Shown: positions 40,272 to 50,430 of the stretch, in pieces
Numbering within the stretch: the first letter of the stretch is position 1
Layout: the number at the start of each line of letters is the position of its first letter
Assembly: GCA_011364965.1 (NCBI GenBank)
Contig: RDOB01000003.1
Span: 96,001-160,000 of the forward strand
DNA: 64,000 bases
DNA from: Candidatus Heimdallarchaeota archaeon
GTDB taxonomy: Archaea; Asgardarchaeota; Heimdallarchaeia; Hodarchaeales; Hodarchaeaceae
Reading direction: 5' to 3'
Notes under the pieces: generated by a model
What the model saw: the letters and a program-made list of their open reading frames with translations, nothing else
Told to the model about the DNA's origin: nothing
The model's database searches: none
Made by a program: the position numbers and the translations under genes

Positions 40272-42143
40272 ATGTCCGAAAAACTCTATCAAGAAATAAG
40301 GGGTCTTCTTCTAGATAAGAAAGACCAGCAAGCTAAGAAGCTGATCAAAAGATCTAGAGAATCCTCTGAAAATTATTCGGTGGAACAGAAGTATTGGTAT
40401 TATTTAATTGAGAATTATTATGCAAGAAATCAAAAAGATTCTGAGCTTAGCTATTCTTTTTTATTAAAAGCTAGTCAAATAATGCCCAAAATTACATTGA
40501 ATGAACATCAAAAAGGAAGTTTCCATGGACAGCTAGGAACTACTTTACAGCAACTAGAACGATACGAAGAAGCCCTAAGAGAATATGAGAAAGCACATTC
40601 CAGTGTCAAAAACGATTTTAAAAGACGAAATCATTATCGTAGATCGATGATCTATTGCTATTATAAAATTGGAGATTTAAAACGGTCGTTCGAGTTTATA
40701 TACAATATATTGGCTTCTAATTTTGCAGAAACAACAATAAATGAATGGGATGCAAACCTTGCATTCTCATGGGATCTTATTAATTTTGCTTCAGACCTAA
40801 AGTGGTTTGATTTAATAATTAATGTTTTAAATACAATTAAATTATCTGAAACGGAAATTTTAGGTCGATCGCATCGTAATTTCTTATTTGCTCTTCTCCA
40901 TCGACAGCAGATGAATCGTGAAGCTTTCAAAGAATATATGGAATTAAGTCTCACTTTATGCCCGAAACTACCATTAGAATTTATCCTTAATCTAAGATCG
41001 AATTTTATCATGTTGCTTGAAAACCCATTCGGAGAATTTGAGCGCACTAAAGAATTACTTCAACAAAACTTACAGGATGTAAAGAAACCCTCCCCCCTAC
41101 AAATAGTTTATCTTAATCGTTTAGGTTCGTGTCTTCGTTTTATTGGGCAGTATGAAAAAGCACTTAAAGTTCTCGAAGAAGCCCTGAAAATCAATACAGA
41201 AAATTTTCAGTATAAATGGCAAGAATCATTTTCGCATAACACCATGGGAATGATTTTTACCTTAATGGGGAAGTCAGATCAAGCATTAAGTCATTATACG
41301 AAAAGTTTGGTGATCTGTGAAGAGATAGATGATTTTTATGGAATGGGATTCACATATGGGGCAATTGGATGGCTTGAATCTATAAAAGGAGATCTTGAAA
41401 AAGCTTTGGAATCATATAAATCTGCCTTTAATTCCTTTAATAAGATAGATTATTCTATACCTCCAGTGATCCTTCTAGCTTACTCAGAAATACTTTCACG
41501 TCAACTACCAAGAGATCCAAGTATTGAAGAAAATCTGGAAAAAGCTAGAAATCAAATTTGGCAAAAACAGCGTCGGTTGGACATTGCACGATATTATAAT
41601 ACTTTGGGAAATATCGCTCTAAACTACAAGCAGCTTGATATGGCCGAGAAAGAATTTTCACTTGCCTTGGAATACTCTGATTCTTTCGAAGTGGAAACTC
41701 AAACACTTTTAGGGATTATTAAAGTTAATTTGGAGCAGTTTATACAGTTAGATTCGGAAGAGCATCTCAAAAAAGCTGAATTATTTTTGAACGACCTGAA
41801 AACAGCCTCAAAAAATTCCTTGTTCATTTCTGGAGAAATGGATTTGATTCTAGGTATTATTAACATGTATTATCAGAATTTTGGACGAGCAGAGGAAATT
41901 TTCTCTCATGTGTTCCAACACGCAAGATCCTATGGCTTTAATTCACTCTTAAACAGAGTAGAAAAACAAAAAAAAGTATTAAACATTTTAAATACTCATA
42001 AACAAATAGAAACTATTTTAGAAGGTTCATATTCGAAAAATGACTTGAAATCTAGTTCAATCCGAGAAGCGATTGCCTATCTAAATGAATTAGGAAATCT
42101 GTTGGGGAGTCATATACGAAAAAATGGAGATAAAGAATCGTAA
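40272..42143 (+). CDS. Tetratricopeptide repeat protein
   Basis: Repeated LG..Y...G.YEKAL/A-type TPR units. Confidence 0.85.
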   Translation: MSEKLYQEIRGLLLDKKDQQAKKLIKRSRESSENYSVEQKYWYYLIENYYARNQKDSELSYSFLLKASQIMPKITLNEHQKGSFHGQLGTTLQQLERYEEALREYEKAHSSVKNDFKRRNHYRRSMIYCYYKIGDLKRSFEFIYNILASNFAETTINEWDANLAFSWDLINFASDLKWFDLIINVLNTIKLSETEILGRSHRNFLFALLHRQQMNREAFKEYMELSLTLCPKLPLEFILNLRSNFIMLLENPFGEFERTKELLQQNLQDVKKPSPLQIVYLNRLGSCLRFIGQYEKALKVLEEALKINTENFQYKWQESFSHNTMGMIFTLMGKSDQALSHYTKSLVICEEIDDFYGMGFTYGAIGWLESIKGDLEKALESYKSAFNSFNKIDYSIPPVILLAYSEILSRQLPRDPSIEENLEKARNQIWQKQRRLDIARYYNTLGNIALNYKQLDMAEKEFSLALEYSDSFEVETQTLLGIIKVNLEQFIQLDSEEHLKKAELFLNDLKTASKNSLFISGEMDLILGIINMYYQNFGRAEEIFSHVFQHARSYGFNSLLNRVEKQKKVLNILNTHKQIETILEGSYSKNDLKSSSIREAIAYLNELGNLLGSHIRKNGDKES

Positions 42144-42151
42144 CCGATTAC

Positions 42152-43141
42152 CTAAGAATGACCCAATATAGGATGCGGAACGTAATGTTCTTCTAACCGT
42201 CTAATATCATCCTCTGAAAGCTTAATTTCTAATGCCTCTACTGCTTGGTCGATATATTCAACTTTCGTTGCTCCAAGTATCGGAGCAGTGACATAATCCT
42301 TGCTAAAAAGCCATGCTAGTGCTATTTGTGCAGGAAATACCCCCTTTTCATGCGCAATCTCAATAAGTCGGTTTAAAACTTGAAAATCCTCTTTCCTAAA
42401 ATAACGGGATGTGAGATATTTATCTGAAGTACCACGAATAGAGGTTATTTCTTCCCCGCGTTTGTACTTACCTGATAAAAATCCCCGAGCTAGTGGTGAC
42501 CATGGTATCATTGCGATATTCTGATCCTTGCATAATGGGATCATTTCTCGCTCCTCCTCACGATAAACCAGATTATAATGATTCTGCATTGAGCAAAAAG
42601 GTTCTATTCCTAACTGATCTGCTATCCAAAGACTTTTCATGAATTGCCATGCAAACATTGAACTAGCGCCTATATGACTGATTTTTCCCTCTTGGATCAA
42701 ATAATTTAGTGTCTGGAGGACTTCTTGGTAAGAAGTATGGGGATCTAATCTATGGATCTGATATAAATCGATATTTTCCATATTCAGTCTTTCCAATGAA
42801 CCTTTAATGGCTCTTCTGATATGGTATCGGGAAAGTCCACTTTTATTTGGCTTTCCAGCGGCTTCATACCCTTCAATAGGAAAAAAAACTTTTGAAGCAA
42901 TCACAACCTCATCCCGATAAGGATTTAGTAATTTTCCCGTTATTTCTTCAGATTTTCCTTTTGAATAGACATCAGCGGTATCGAAAAAGTTAATACCTGC
43001 ATCTAAAGCCTTTTTAACTATAGGTTCGGCATCAGGTAGCGGTAGAATCCATGATGAAAATGTAGGATCCCCATAGGACATCATTCCCAAACATATACGG
43101 GATACTTTAATACCAGTATTTCCTAAATTTACATATTTCAT
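42152..43141 (-). CDS. Aldo/keto reductase (YajO/AAD-like)
   Basis: FFDTADVY, ASK, DLYQIHR, PWSPLARG. Confidence 0.95.
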   Translation of the reverse strand: MKYVNLGNTGIKVSRICLGMMSYGDPTFSSWILPLPDAEPIVKKALDAGINFFDTADVYSKGKSEEITGKLLNPYRDEVVIASKVFFPIEGYEAAGKPNKSGLSRYHIRRAIKGSLERLNMENIDLYQIHRLDPHTSYQEVLQTLNYLIQEGKISHIGASSMFAWQFMKSLWIADQLGIEPFCSMQNHYNLVYREEEREMIPLCKDQNIAMIPWSPLARGFLSGKYKRGEEITSIRGTSDKYLTSRYFRKEDFQVLNRLIEIAHEKGVFPAQIALAWLFSKDYVTAPILGATKVEYIDQAVEALEIKLSEDDIRRLEEHYVPHPILGHS

Positions 43142-43296
43142 ATATTAAGTCTAAATATTTCTACTAATTAAGTAATTATCTTAATATTGAGAAAGCTGGT
43201 CTACATATTAGCTAAACTGCTTTGATGGATCTATAGGAAATTCTTTTCAGCAAGCCTAAAAGACATACGTTAGAAATTTTTGAGGATGAAACTATT

Positions 43297-44460
43297 ATGA
43301 ATCTTGAAAAAATAAGATCAGATTTTCCGATAACCGATAAAGCAATATATCTGAATCATGCAGCTATAGGCCCCTCACCGATGCCAGTTATTGAGGAGAG
43401 TCAAAAATGGTTAATTAATTACAAGACTTATGGAGAATTATTTTTTCCCTCACTCGCTGATCAACTTGAAGAGCAGAATATTCATCGAAAAACGGTTGGA
43501 AGTTTTATTAACGCTAAAGTTCCAGAAGAAGAAATCGCTTTCACATATAACACTTCCTATGGGCTATCCGCTATCGCTGAGGGAATTCAGTGGGAGAATG
43601 GACAACAGATTATTCTAAATGATCTTGAATATACATCAAATTCATATACATACCAAGCCCTAGCTAAAAAATATAATTTAAGCATTGATATTATTAATAA
43701 CAAACACGGTATTCTCCCTCTAGAAGATTATGAAGAAAAAATTCACGATAAAACACGTCTTATTGCAGTTTCTCACGTTCAATTTAGCAATGGTTTTCGC
43801 TCTGATCTCGGATCCCTCGCACGCCTTGCTCATGAAAATCAAGCTGAAATAATAGTAGATGCTATTCAATCTCTCGGTGCAATTCCTGTCGATGTTCAAG
43901 AAGATCAAGTTGATTATTTAGCAGCAGGAGGATACAAGTGGCTACTCGGACAGTTAGGTACAGGATTTCTATATGTAAAACGAGATCTAGCAGAAAATTT
44001 AAATCCAACCTTCATTGGTTCGATGTCAGATGCTTCTGCATTAAGCTTATCTCATCATGTTTATCAGCCTGCTACTGGAGCGAGACGTTTTCAGGCTTCT
44101 CTTGGACCCAATGCTAATTTACTAGCCAAATCAGTGGACTACATCTCCAAAATAGGAAAAATGAATATCTTTAAACACATTATGAAGCTTACAGATTTAT
44201 TAATAGACTTGATATTCCAAGAACCAAATTTTAAGCTGAGGTCACCAGTGGATAATGCTAATCAGAGGAGTGGAATTATAAACTTCGTTTGCCCTAATGC
44301 TGAATTAGTAGTTTCAAAACTGCGAACTCTTCCTAAACCAATAGCAATTTCACTCCGAGAAGGAGGGCTAAGAATATCTCCGCACTGCTATAATACAGAG
44401 GAAGAAATAAAATTGGCTTTTGCTAGAATTAAAGAATTTTCAAGAGGAATTGGACAATGA
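43297..44460 (+). CDS. Aminotransferase class V PLP enzyme (cystine lyase/epimerase-like)
   Basis: YLNHAA, VDAIQSLG, GGYKWLLG, LRISPH. Confidence 0.88.
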   Translation: MNLEKIRSDFPITDKAIYLNHAAIGPSPMPVIEESQKWLINYKTYGELFFPSLADQLEEQNIHRKTVGSFINAKVPEEEIAFTYNTSYGLSAIAEGIQWENGQQIILNDLEYTSNSYTYQALAKKYNLSIDIINNKHGILPLEDYEEKIHDKTRLIAVSHVQFSNGFRSDLGSLARLAHENQAEIIVDAIQSLGAIPVDVQEDQVDYLAAGGYKWLLGQLGTGFLYVKRDLAENLNPTFIGSMSDASALSLSHHVYQPATGARRFQASLGPNANLLAKSVDYISKIGKMNIFKHIMKLTDLLIDLIFQEPNFKLRSPVDNANQRSGIINFVCPNAELVVSKLRTLPKPIAISLREGGLRISPHCYNTEEEIKLAFARIKEFSRGIGQ

Positions 44461-44716
44461 AACATTTGTATCGCTCTTCATTAATTAACCATTTTCCGTT
44501 TTTGTCTCTTGTTTTAATGATTTTATTTCTTTTATTTATTGATTTATTTATCCTAAATAATGTTTTTTACGTGCTAACAGTAGTTCTATTAACCCTAGTT
44601 ATTTTTCTCATTGAAATTTTTAGGAGATCGACATAAATGCCTCATGAAATTTTTTTACAGTAACTGCTCTATTTGGAACAATTTTATTAATGCTACATTC
44701 AAATCACACAAGAAAG

Positions 44717-45035
44717 TCATATGGCGTGTAATTCGAGTGCAACCCATTCATGCCATTCAAACAGGAGTAAGAATAGGAGCTGGAAGGGGATTCTCCCGAT
44801 TCTTAACCTACTTGAGGTTACCTGGTTCAATTTTTCTTCAAATCCCATTTCGTAACTTAACATGGAATTTGAGAAGAACTCTCTTTACTTTTGGAGGGAT
44901 CGCACTCGCCATCTGCGTCTTAGTGGGAGTAATTAGATTTGTTGATGGAGCAGATACATTATTAGCAGATGAACAGACCCTCATCAAAGGCACATCAGAG
45001 AACCGTATCGATGTCCTTCTCAATAATTTCTATAA
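44717..45035 (+). pseudogene. Internal fragment of an FtsX/MacB-type ABC permease
   Basis: RVQPIHAIQ...PFRNLTWNLRRTLFTFGGIALAI; lacks both ends. Confidence 0.55.
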
Positions 45036-45044
45036 AAAAGATCA

Positions 45045-45362
45045 GTGGACGGTTTTCCGCAAATCATGTCAAAATTTCACTCCATTAATGGGTTCCTTTC
45101 TCTTATTGAACTAATTGTTTTAATCGTTTTAATAGTTGTTATCTATGCAGCTCACAATGTTCATAAATTTTTTGATTATCCATCCTTACCCATAGATGAT
45201 CCGACCTTTTCAGTTGCTAAATATCCTCCCCCAAAGATGGTGTGTTCTTCCTGCCAGTCCACTTTGCAACTGAATTCGATATATTGTATGACCTGCGGAG
45301 CTGAGGTGCCAACACAGGAATCGTTTCAAGATACCGATCCTCCAAAATTAGGAAAACTGTGA
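45045..45362 (+). CDS. TM plus zinc-ribbon small protein, possibly a fragment
   Basis: CSSC...CMTCG after one TM helix. Confidence 0.5.
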   Translation: MDGFPQIMSKFHSINGFLSLIELIVLIVLIVVIYAAHNVHKFFDYPSLPIDDPTFSVAKYPPPKMVCSSCQSTLQLNSIYCMTCGAEVPTQESFQDTDPPKLGKL

Positions 45363-45673
45363 AGATGAATTCTCCACAATGGGGTATAATCCTAGCAGGA
45401 TCAAGGCTGAATTGTGAAAATAAGTTCGCGATTATCACAAAAATATGAGTTGGAATATTTTGCCTCAATAGGTAGTAATCAGGATTGAGGATGAAAATAA
45501 TCTCTATTATTTCATTACCTAGATGCTTGACTAGCTAGTCAGGTACTCCCCCTTGAGATTAATAGTCCTTACAAATCGAATCTCATAGGCAATGATGTAA
45601 AACTTTAAGTATATTCATTGACAATAGGGTATATTAAGGTGTGAGAGGAATATAAAGTGAGAGGGGTATAAAA

Positions 45674-46987
45674 GTGCAACCATGTGAAAAGTCTAATACA
45701 CTTGAGATTTCTCAAAGGATTGAAAAACCAGTAACACTATCTGAAAATTATCCACGAGAACGCAGCAAGAGTCAGATGGTAAGTCGAGGGGTGTTTGTAC
45801 TGCTTACTTGGTTTGTTATATACTTCTGTTTTGTAGATGCATATATAGTACTTAGAGGTTTCATCCCCTACAACCTGAATTCAATCCAAACATTAAGTAC
45901 TTTATTAGGAGTTCCAATTCAGCTCATCTTAACTGATTTCGTCAATATTTTTTACATCCCCCTATTTCGTCCTGACTGGTTCCAGAGGTTTCAATCATGG
46001 GACAAATATCTTATGTATATCAACGGAGCTCTCTTTATTTTGCTGAATATTGGATTTACTGGTGTAATTGTACTGATTAATCGAAAAAAATCCCGTTCAA
46101 CAATTAGCTTACCACGATTCTTTTTTTTAGCTTATATAGAAACCCTTTTTGTTTTCGTGATAATCAGTGGACCCAGTTATTTATGGGAAGTGCGTATTTG
46201 GACTTTGATTCATGGGAATATTGGAGATTTATTTCTTCTGTATCGAATGAATCCAGCACGGGGTTACTTGGGTTCTAACCTATGCTTCTTAATTGCGAGT
46301 TGCGTGAGTCTTTTATTTTTCCTAGCTGGTGAAAGAGTAACTCACGGAGGAACGATTTTTTTCCATTGGTGCTTAGCATACGCATTTCTATCTGGAGTAC
46401 AAACCCTTTTCCTGAGGGATTTTATTTTTATTACAGTAACACAGGAAATCTTCGTTGCTTATTTCCTACACGTACTTGCAGCGGTATTACTAAGTTCGCT
46501 TGTCTACTATGCGTTCAATATCGGTTTTTTTTTATATTTGATATTTTTTCCTGAACAGATGTCATGGCGGGGAGATTGGTTTTTCTACCTGTTTAACGAC
46601 GTTTTTTTCCTCCTGCAGAATCTTGGGTTCGCAGGTGTGATTTTTTTTCTCAATCGTTTACAACGTGATAAGCACCCCCCGATCAAGATAGTACCGTTCT
46701 ACTATCTATCATTACTGAGTACAGGCTTCTTCCACAGTGTGATGATACTGAAATGGAAAGATTTGTGGACACAAATGCCTTCACATGTCTATGATTCCTA
46801 TGCTATTGGATCAGTCGGATATCTTGTTGAGGGAATCATTGCACCCCTCAATTTGTGCTATTTTGCTGTGGCTTGCGTATGGATAGGACTCCTCCTAGCG
46901 TACACACGACGCGAAGGCTTCTTAAAACAAATTAGAGCCAATTTAGACACGAAGAGTTCAGAGGAGATTCCCAAGACTGGCAATTAA
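45674..46987 (+). CDS. Polytopic membrane protein with internal tandem duplication
   Basis: Halves share NIGFTGVIVLINR/NLGFAGVIFFLNR and NLCFLIASCV/NLCYFAVACV. Confidence 0.7.
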   Translation: MQPCEKSNTLEISQRIEKPVTLSENYPRERSKSQMVSRGVFVLLTWFVIYFCFVDAYIVLRGFIPYNLNSIQTLSTLLGVPIQLILTDFVNIFYIPLFRPDWFQRFQSWDKYLMYINGALFILLNIGFTGVIVLINRKKSRSTISLPRFFFLAYIETLFVFVIISGPSYLWEVRIWTLIHGNIGDLFLLYRMNPARGYLGSNLCFLIASCVSLLFFLAGERVTHGGTIFFHWCLAYAFLSGVQTLFLRDFIFITVTQEIFVAYFLHVLAAVLLSSLVYYAFNIGFFLYLIFFPEQMSWRGDWFFYLFNDVFFLLQNLGFAGVIFFLNRLQRDKHPPIKIVPFYYLSLLSTGFFHSVMILKWKDLWTQMPSHVYDSYAIGSVGYLVEGIIAPLNLCYFAVACVWIGLLLAYTRREGFLKQIRANLDTKSSEEIPKTGN

Positions 46988-47074
46988 ATTAATCCCCACC
47001 TATTCCAGTAACTATCAGGATTCTTCTAATTTTCCTTTCTATCTTCAGTTTCCTACTATTTCTATAATAAGTTA

Positions 47075-48015
47075 TTATTTTGTTCCTTTTTGAGACAGCA
47101 TTGGAAAATACAATTTCTTCACATATTCTTTGAGCATTCGCAAGTAGAAAAAAGAGGAATAGAAGTCCGAGCTGCTTCACACATGACAGTAATCCAGTTA
47201 AAGGGGATATTATTTGATTCAAAATCATAATATAAGGGAATCACTGTCTCCTCTAGGATCTCGTACAAGCTTATGGCGTCTGCCCAATTTTAAGCAGCTT
47301 GATTACTTTCCTCAATATTTTCGGGGTTGATGGCTCAGCCATTAACACCATTAAATCCTTCAACCCACCATCCATCAAGAATAGAGAGATTTGGGACAAA
47401 ATTCATACTTGCTTTCATTCCAGACGTCCCTGAAGCCTCATTATAGCGTTTTGGAGTATTTAGCCATACATCTACTCCCTATAATAATGCTTTGGTCGTC
47501 TTCAGATCATAATTATCAAGAAAAGCAATTCTGTAACCTAATTTTGCAATTTTTGCATGATTATAGATTTCTTGAATTAATACTTACCCCGAATCATCCA
47601 TTGGATGAGTTTTACCCGCAAAAATAAATTATACTGGTCTATATGGGTCTTCTATCATTTTTTGAAGTCGTTGAAAATCTGAAAAGAGTAAAGTTGCTCT
47701 CTTCTATGTAGCAAATCGTCTTGCAAATCCTATAGTTAAAGTATCTGGATCTAAAGTTAACCCATTTACCAAAGCTGTTTCTATATTCCAATAACAACTC
47801 TTCAAATTAGTACGAGCATTCTCCCGGATGACTTTGAACAGTCGGCCTGTTGCAGTTTTATGATACTCCCAGATTTGATAATCACTAGTAGTATGTCGAT
47901 CGAGCATCTCCTCCCAAAACTCTGATTCATCGTGATGCTCCAACCAATTTTGGTTCACCATTCTATACATATGTTGGTAGATTTCGGTAATAAAACTCGG
48001 AGCATGCACCCCATT
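47075..48015 (-). pseudogene. glgP: Alpha-glucan (glycogen/maltodextrin) phosphorylase, 5'-truncated, with several stops and frameshifts
   Basis: NGVHAP, TIGFARRFAT*KRATLLF, FAGKTHP, DVWLNTP, PLP motif [23 protein letters not shown]. Confidence 0.88.
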
Positions 48016-48056
48016 TTTTCGTTGTACATTGAGCTCATGCTGATCGGGGTCATGTA

Positions 48057-48296
48057 ATGATTGATTTACCTGGTTTGAAGACTGCAACACTTGATACCTA
48101 TACCTGTACGATTTATGGTTATACTGAATTTTATGCTGATCAACTTGGATTAGAAAACATAAAAAGTAGTGGACGATTCTTATCAAAGATATCTGATAGG
48201 GTTGATTATTCTACAAGATGGTGTTCAGACTGTGGTTCTTCAATCCCTCCTGAAGAAAAATTCTGTCCGAAATGTGGAAAGCAATTAAATTGGTGA
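48057..48296 (+). pseudogene. C-terminal zinc-ribbon fragment
   Basis: CSDCG...FCPKCG; abuts the truncated 5' end of glgP. Confidence 0.5.
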
Positions 48297-48502
48297 CTTT
48301 TTCTTTATTCCTTAGAAGGAACGTAAGCAAAACAGCTGTAATTGAAGATAGATCTTCCATTACTCGGAACCAAGCTCCTCTTAGAGAAGAAGAGGAATTA
48401 ATTGAATCTCTTTCGTTTTCTAATTATTTTGGAAATCGTCTCACTTGTCCAGTTTTAGAATTTGTTTCAATAAATGTTTAATTTCCAACTAGAATAGAAA
48501 AT

Positions 48503-49200
48503 CTAGAGCGATTTTTTTCGTTTAAACAGTATTAAGATGATGATTGCTGAAGATGAAATAATTAAAGGAGGCCAATCTGCTCTCGATGTTTTCACAGGAA
48601 TAACAACAAGAACAGTATCACTAATACTGTTTCCAGACTGATCGTATACTTTGCAGATATACGTATAATTACCAGGTGTTAATTCTTCAATCATTACTGT
48701 AATACTACTTCCATTCCAATTTCCAGATTCCATTAGAGAATTATTTCTCGTCTCTTGATACGAAGCAGGATGCAAATCAAATGGATTCCATGTAATTCTC
48801 TTTTCTATAATCCCTTCAACATATATGATGTCGAATGGATGATTTATACTAGGAGGAGTAGTGTCAATAACAGTTACTAAAACAGAGTTGCTAGCGTGAT
48901 TACCTGCATTATCATATAGTATACAGGTATACAGATAATCACCACATTGAAGACTATCGATACTAATCGTAATTGATTCTCCAAACCACGGTCCACTGAC
49001 AATTAGAATCCCATCCCTGTCTACTCGGAAGCTCTCTGCATTAAGGTCAAAAGGATTCCAGTTAAGGCTATTATTAAGTATACCCTCTTCATAAATTATA
49101 TCATCGGGATGATTGATAGTTGGAGGATTTTCATCTGAAATAATTACAACGACTGTATCTGTTATTGAATGTTCTGCTTCATCAAAAACTTCGATAATGA
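48503..49200 (-). pseudogene. 5'-truncated Ig-like repeat surface protein with C-terminal anchor
   Basis: Frame open from about 49200 with no start until TTG 48775; repeats PP(T/S)INHP.DI.Y.EG...WNPFDL...YD..GN; tail TM plus KRKK. Confidence 0.75.
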
Positions 49201-49757
49201 AACCATATAAATTAATCCTTTTTTTCGGTGTAGGATTTATTTTTGGGATTTTAAGAGAGAATTTAATTCAGGTTCTTATTGAATTGGCAATTCTACCGTC
49301 ATTGTATACTTATTCTCTTCATTTTTTACGAATTTTGTATTCGCCAATAGTAATAGGAATTGGATGGATTTTTGCATTTTATAACGGTATGATAGTTGGA
49401 GAACGGTATTTGAAGTCTACTAATCCTGTAAAAACCAGTTTTTTGGCTGCTATTTTTGTTATGTTGGTCTCTTTTCCGATTGAAGTTACAGTAGTTGCAA
49501 TGAATTGGTGGATTTGGTAAATCCTGGGAATGCCCTTATTCATGGAAATTCCTTTAATGACTCCATTTGGTTGGGGAACCGCAGCATTTATTTTCATTTT
49601 CTCTTTCAAGCTGATTGATCAAAGAATAGAGAGAAATCAAAACAAAATCTTAATATTTTTAGGTTTGATAATTCCTTTGATTGGAGTCCATTTCACCATA
49701 ATTTTTGTTCTAAGAACAGCTTTTGTTGCCTTAGGTAACTTAGGAATACTACTCTGA
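49197..49757 (+). pseudogene. Carotenoid biosynthesis protein (CruF/DUF422)-like membrane protein with an internal stop
   Basis: FGILRE, IGIGW, E..VAMNWWIW*...EIPL...FGW; TAA 49518-49520 is in frame with ORF 49530. Confidence 0.55.
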
Positions 49758-50408
49758 TTTTTCTGATGAATTAAAAGACTTCAACTTTTTCACTGGTACT
49801 CCGCCATATAAGCTATTAGCATCTAGTACCCAATTAGCAGGGACAGTAGATCCCATAGCGACAGTAGTATTATCTCCTATAATAACTCCTGGTAGAATTA
49901 CACAATATGCTCCAATGGTGACGTTTTTCCCGATTCTCAGTCGCTTTCTATACATCTTTTGACTTCGTATGTGGTGACCAGATACGATTGCACCAGTACC
50001 AATTAAAGAATTTTCCCCTACATCAATAAGATCTGGATCCCAAAGAGTTGTTAAGATTGAAACTCCTTTCCTTCGTTTGAATCCAAATAATTGATAAATG
50101 AAATCTGGGATAGGAGAGTGAATGAATAACTTTCTTGTTAAAGTGAGTGCTATATCTAGTGATGTAGCTTGAACAGTCCAGAGTATTAAATTTACTCCAG
50201 TTATTTCCCCTTCTTTAGTTCCCATGGCAATACGGGAAAGTTTATGAGCTGATGCTAATAAAACTAAACTCAATAAATATGTCACTGGAATTGAAATGAT
50301 TACAGAAGGCACTAATCCAAAAGCAAATGAATCAATTATTGTATAAACGAATAAAAACAAAATTAATAATGATAATGTCAAAAGCAATTGAATAGCAAAG
50401 AAAAGCAT
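49749..50408 (-). CDS. Membrane-anchored hexapeptide-repeat (LbH) acyltransferase
   Basis: DPDLIDVGENSLIG, IGKNVTIGAYCVILPGVIIGD, YGGVP; two N-terminal TM. Confidence 0.85.
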   Translation of the reverse strand: MLFFAIQLLLTLSLLILFLFVYTIIDSFAFGLVPSVIISIPVTYLLSLVLLASAHKLSRIAMGTKEGEITGVNLILWTVQATSLDIALTLTRKLFIHSPIPDFIYQLFGFKRRKGVSILTTLWDPDLIDVGENSLIGTGAIVSGHHIRSQKMYRKRLRIGKNVTIGAYCVILPGVIIGDNTTVAMGSTVPANWVLDANSLYGGVPVKKLKSFNSSEKSE

Positions 50409-50430
50409 AATTTACACCATTTTTCACTTA

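Noticed and set aside
43297-44460. Cysteine desulfurase feeding the Ubl/TtuA pair
   Set aside because: No SufS RxGHHCA or IscS SSGSAC catalytic Cys loop; better called a generic class V PLP enzyme.
47075-49760. Stop-codon recoding (Sec/Pyl or alternative code) explaining in-frame stops
   Set aside because: All three stop types occur together with frameshifts and truncations, and intact genes use all three stops normally.
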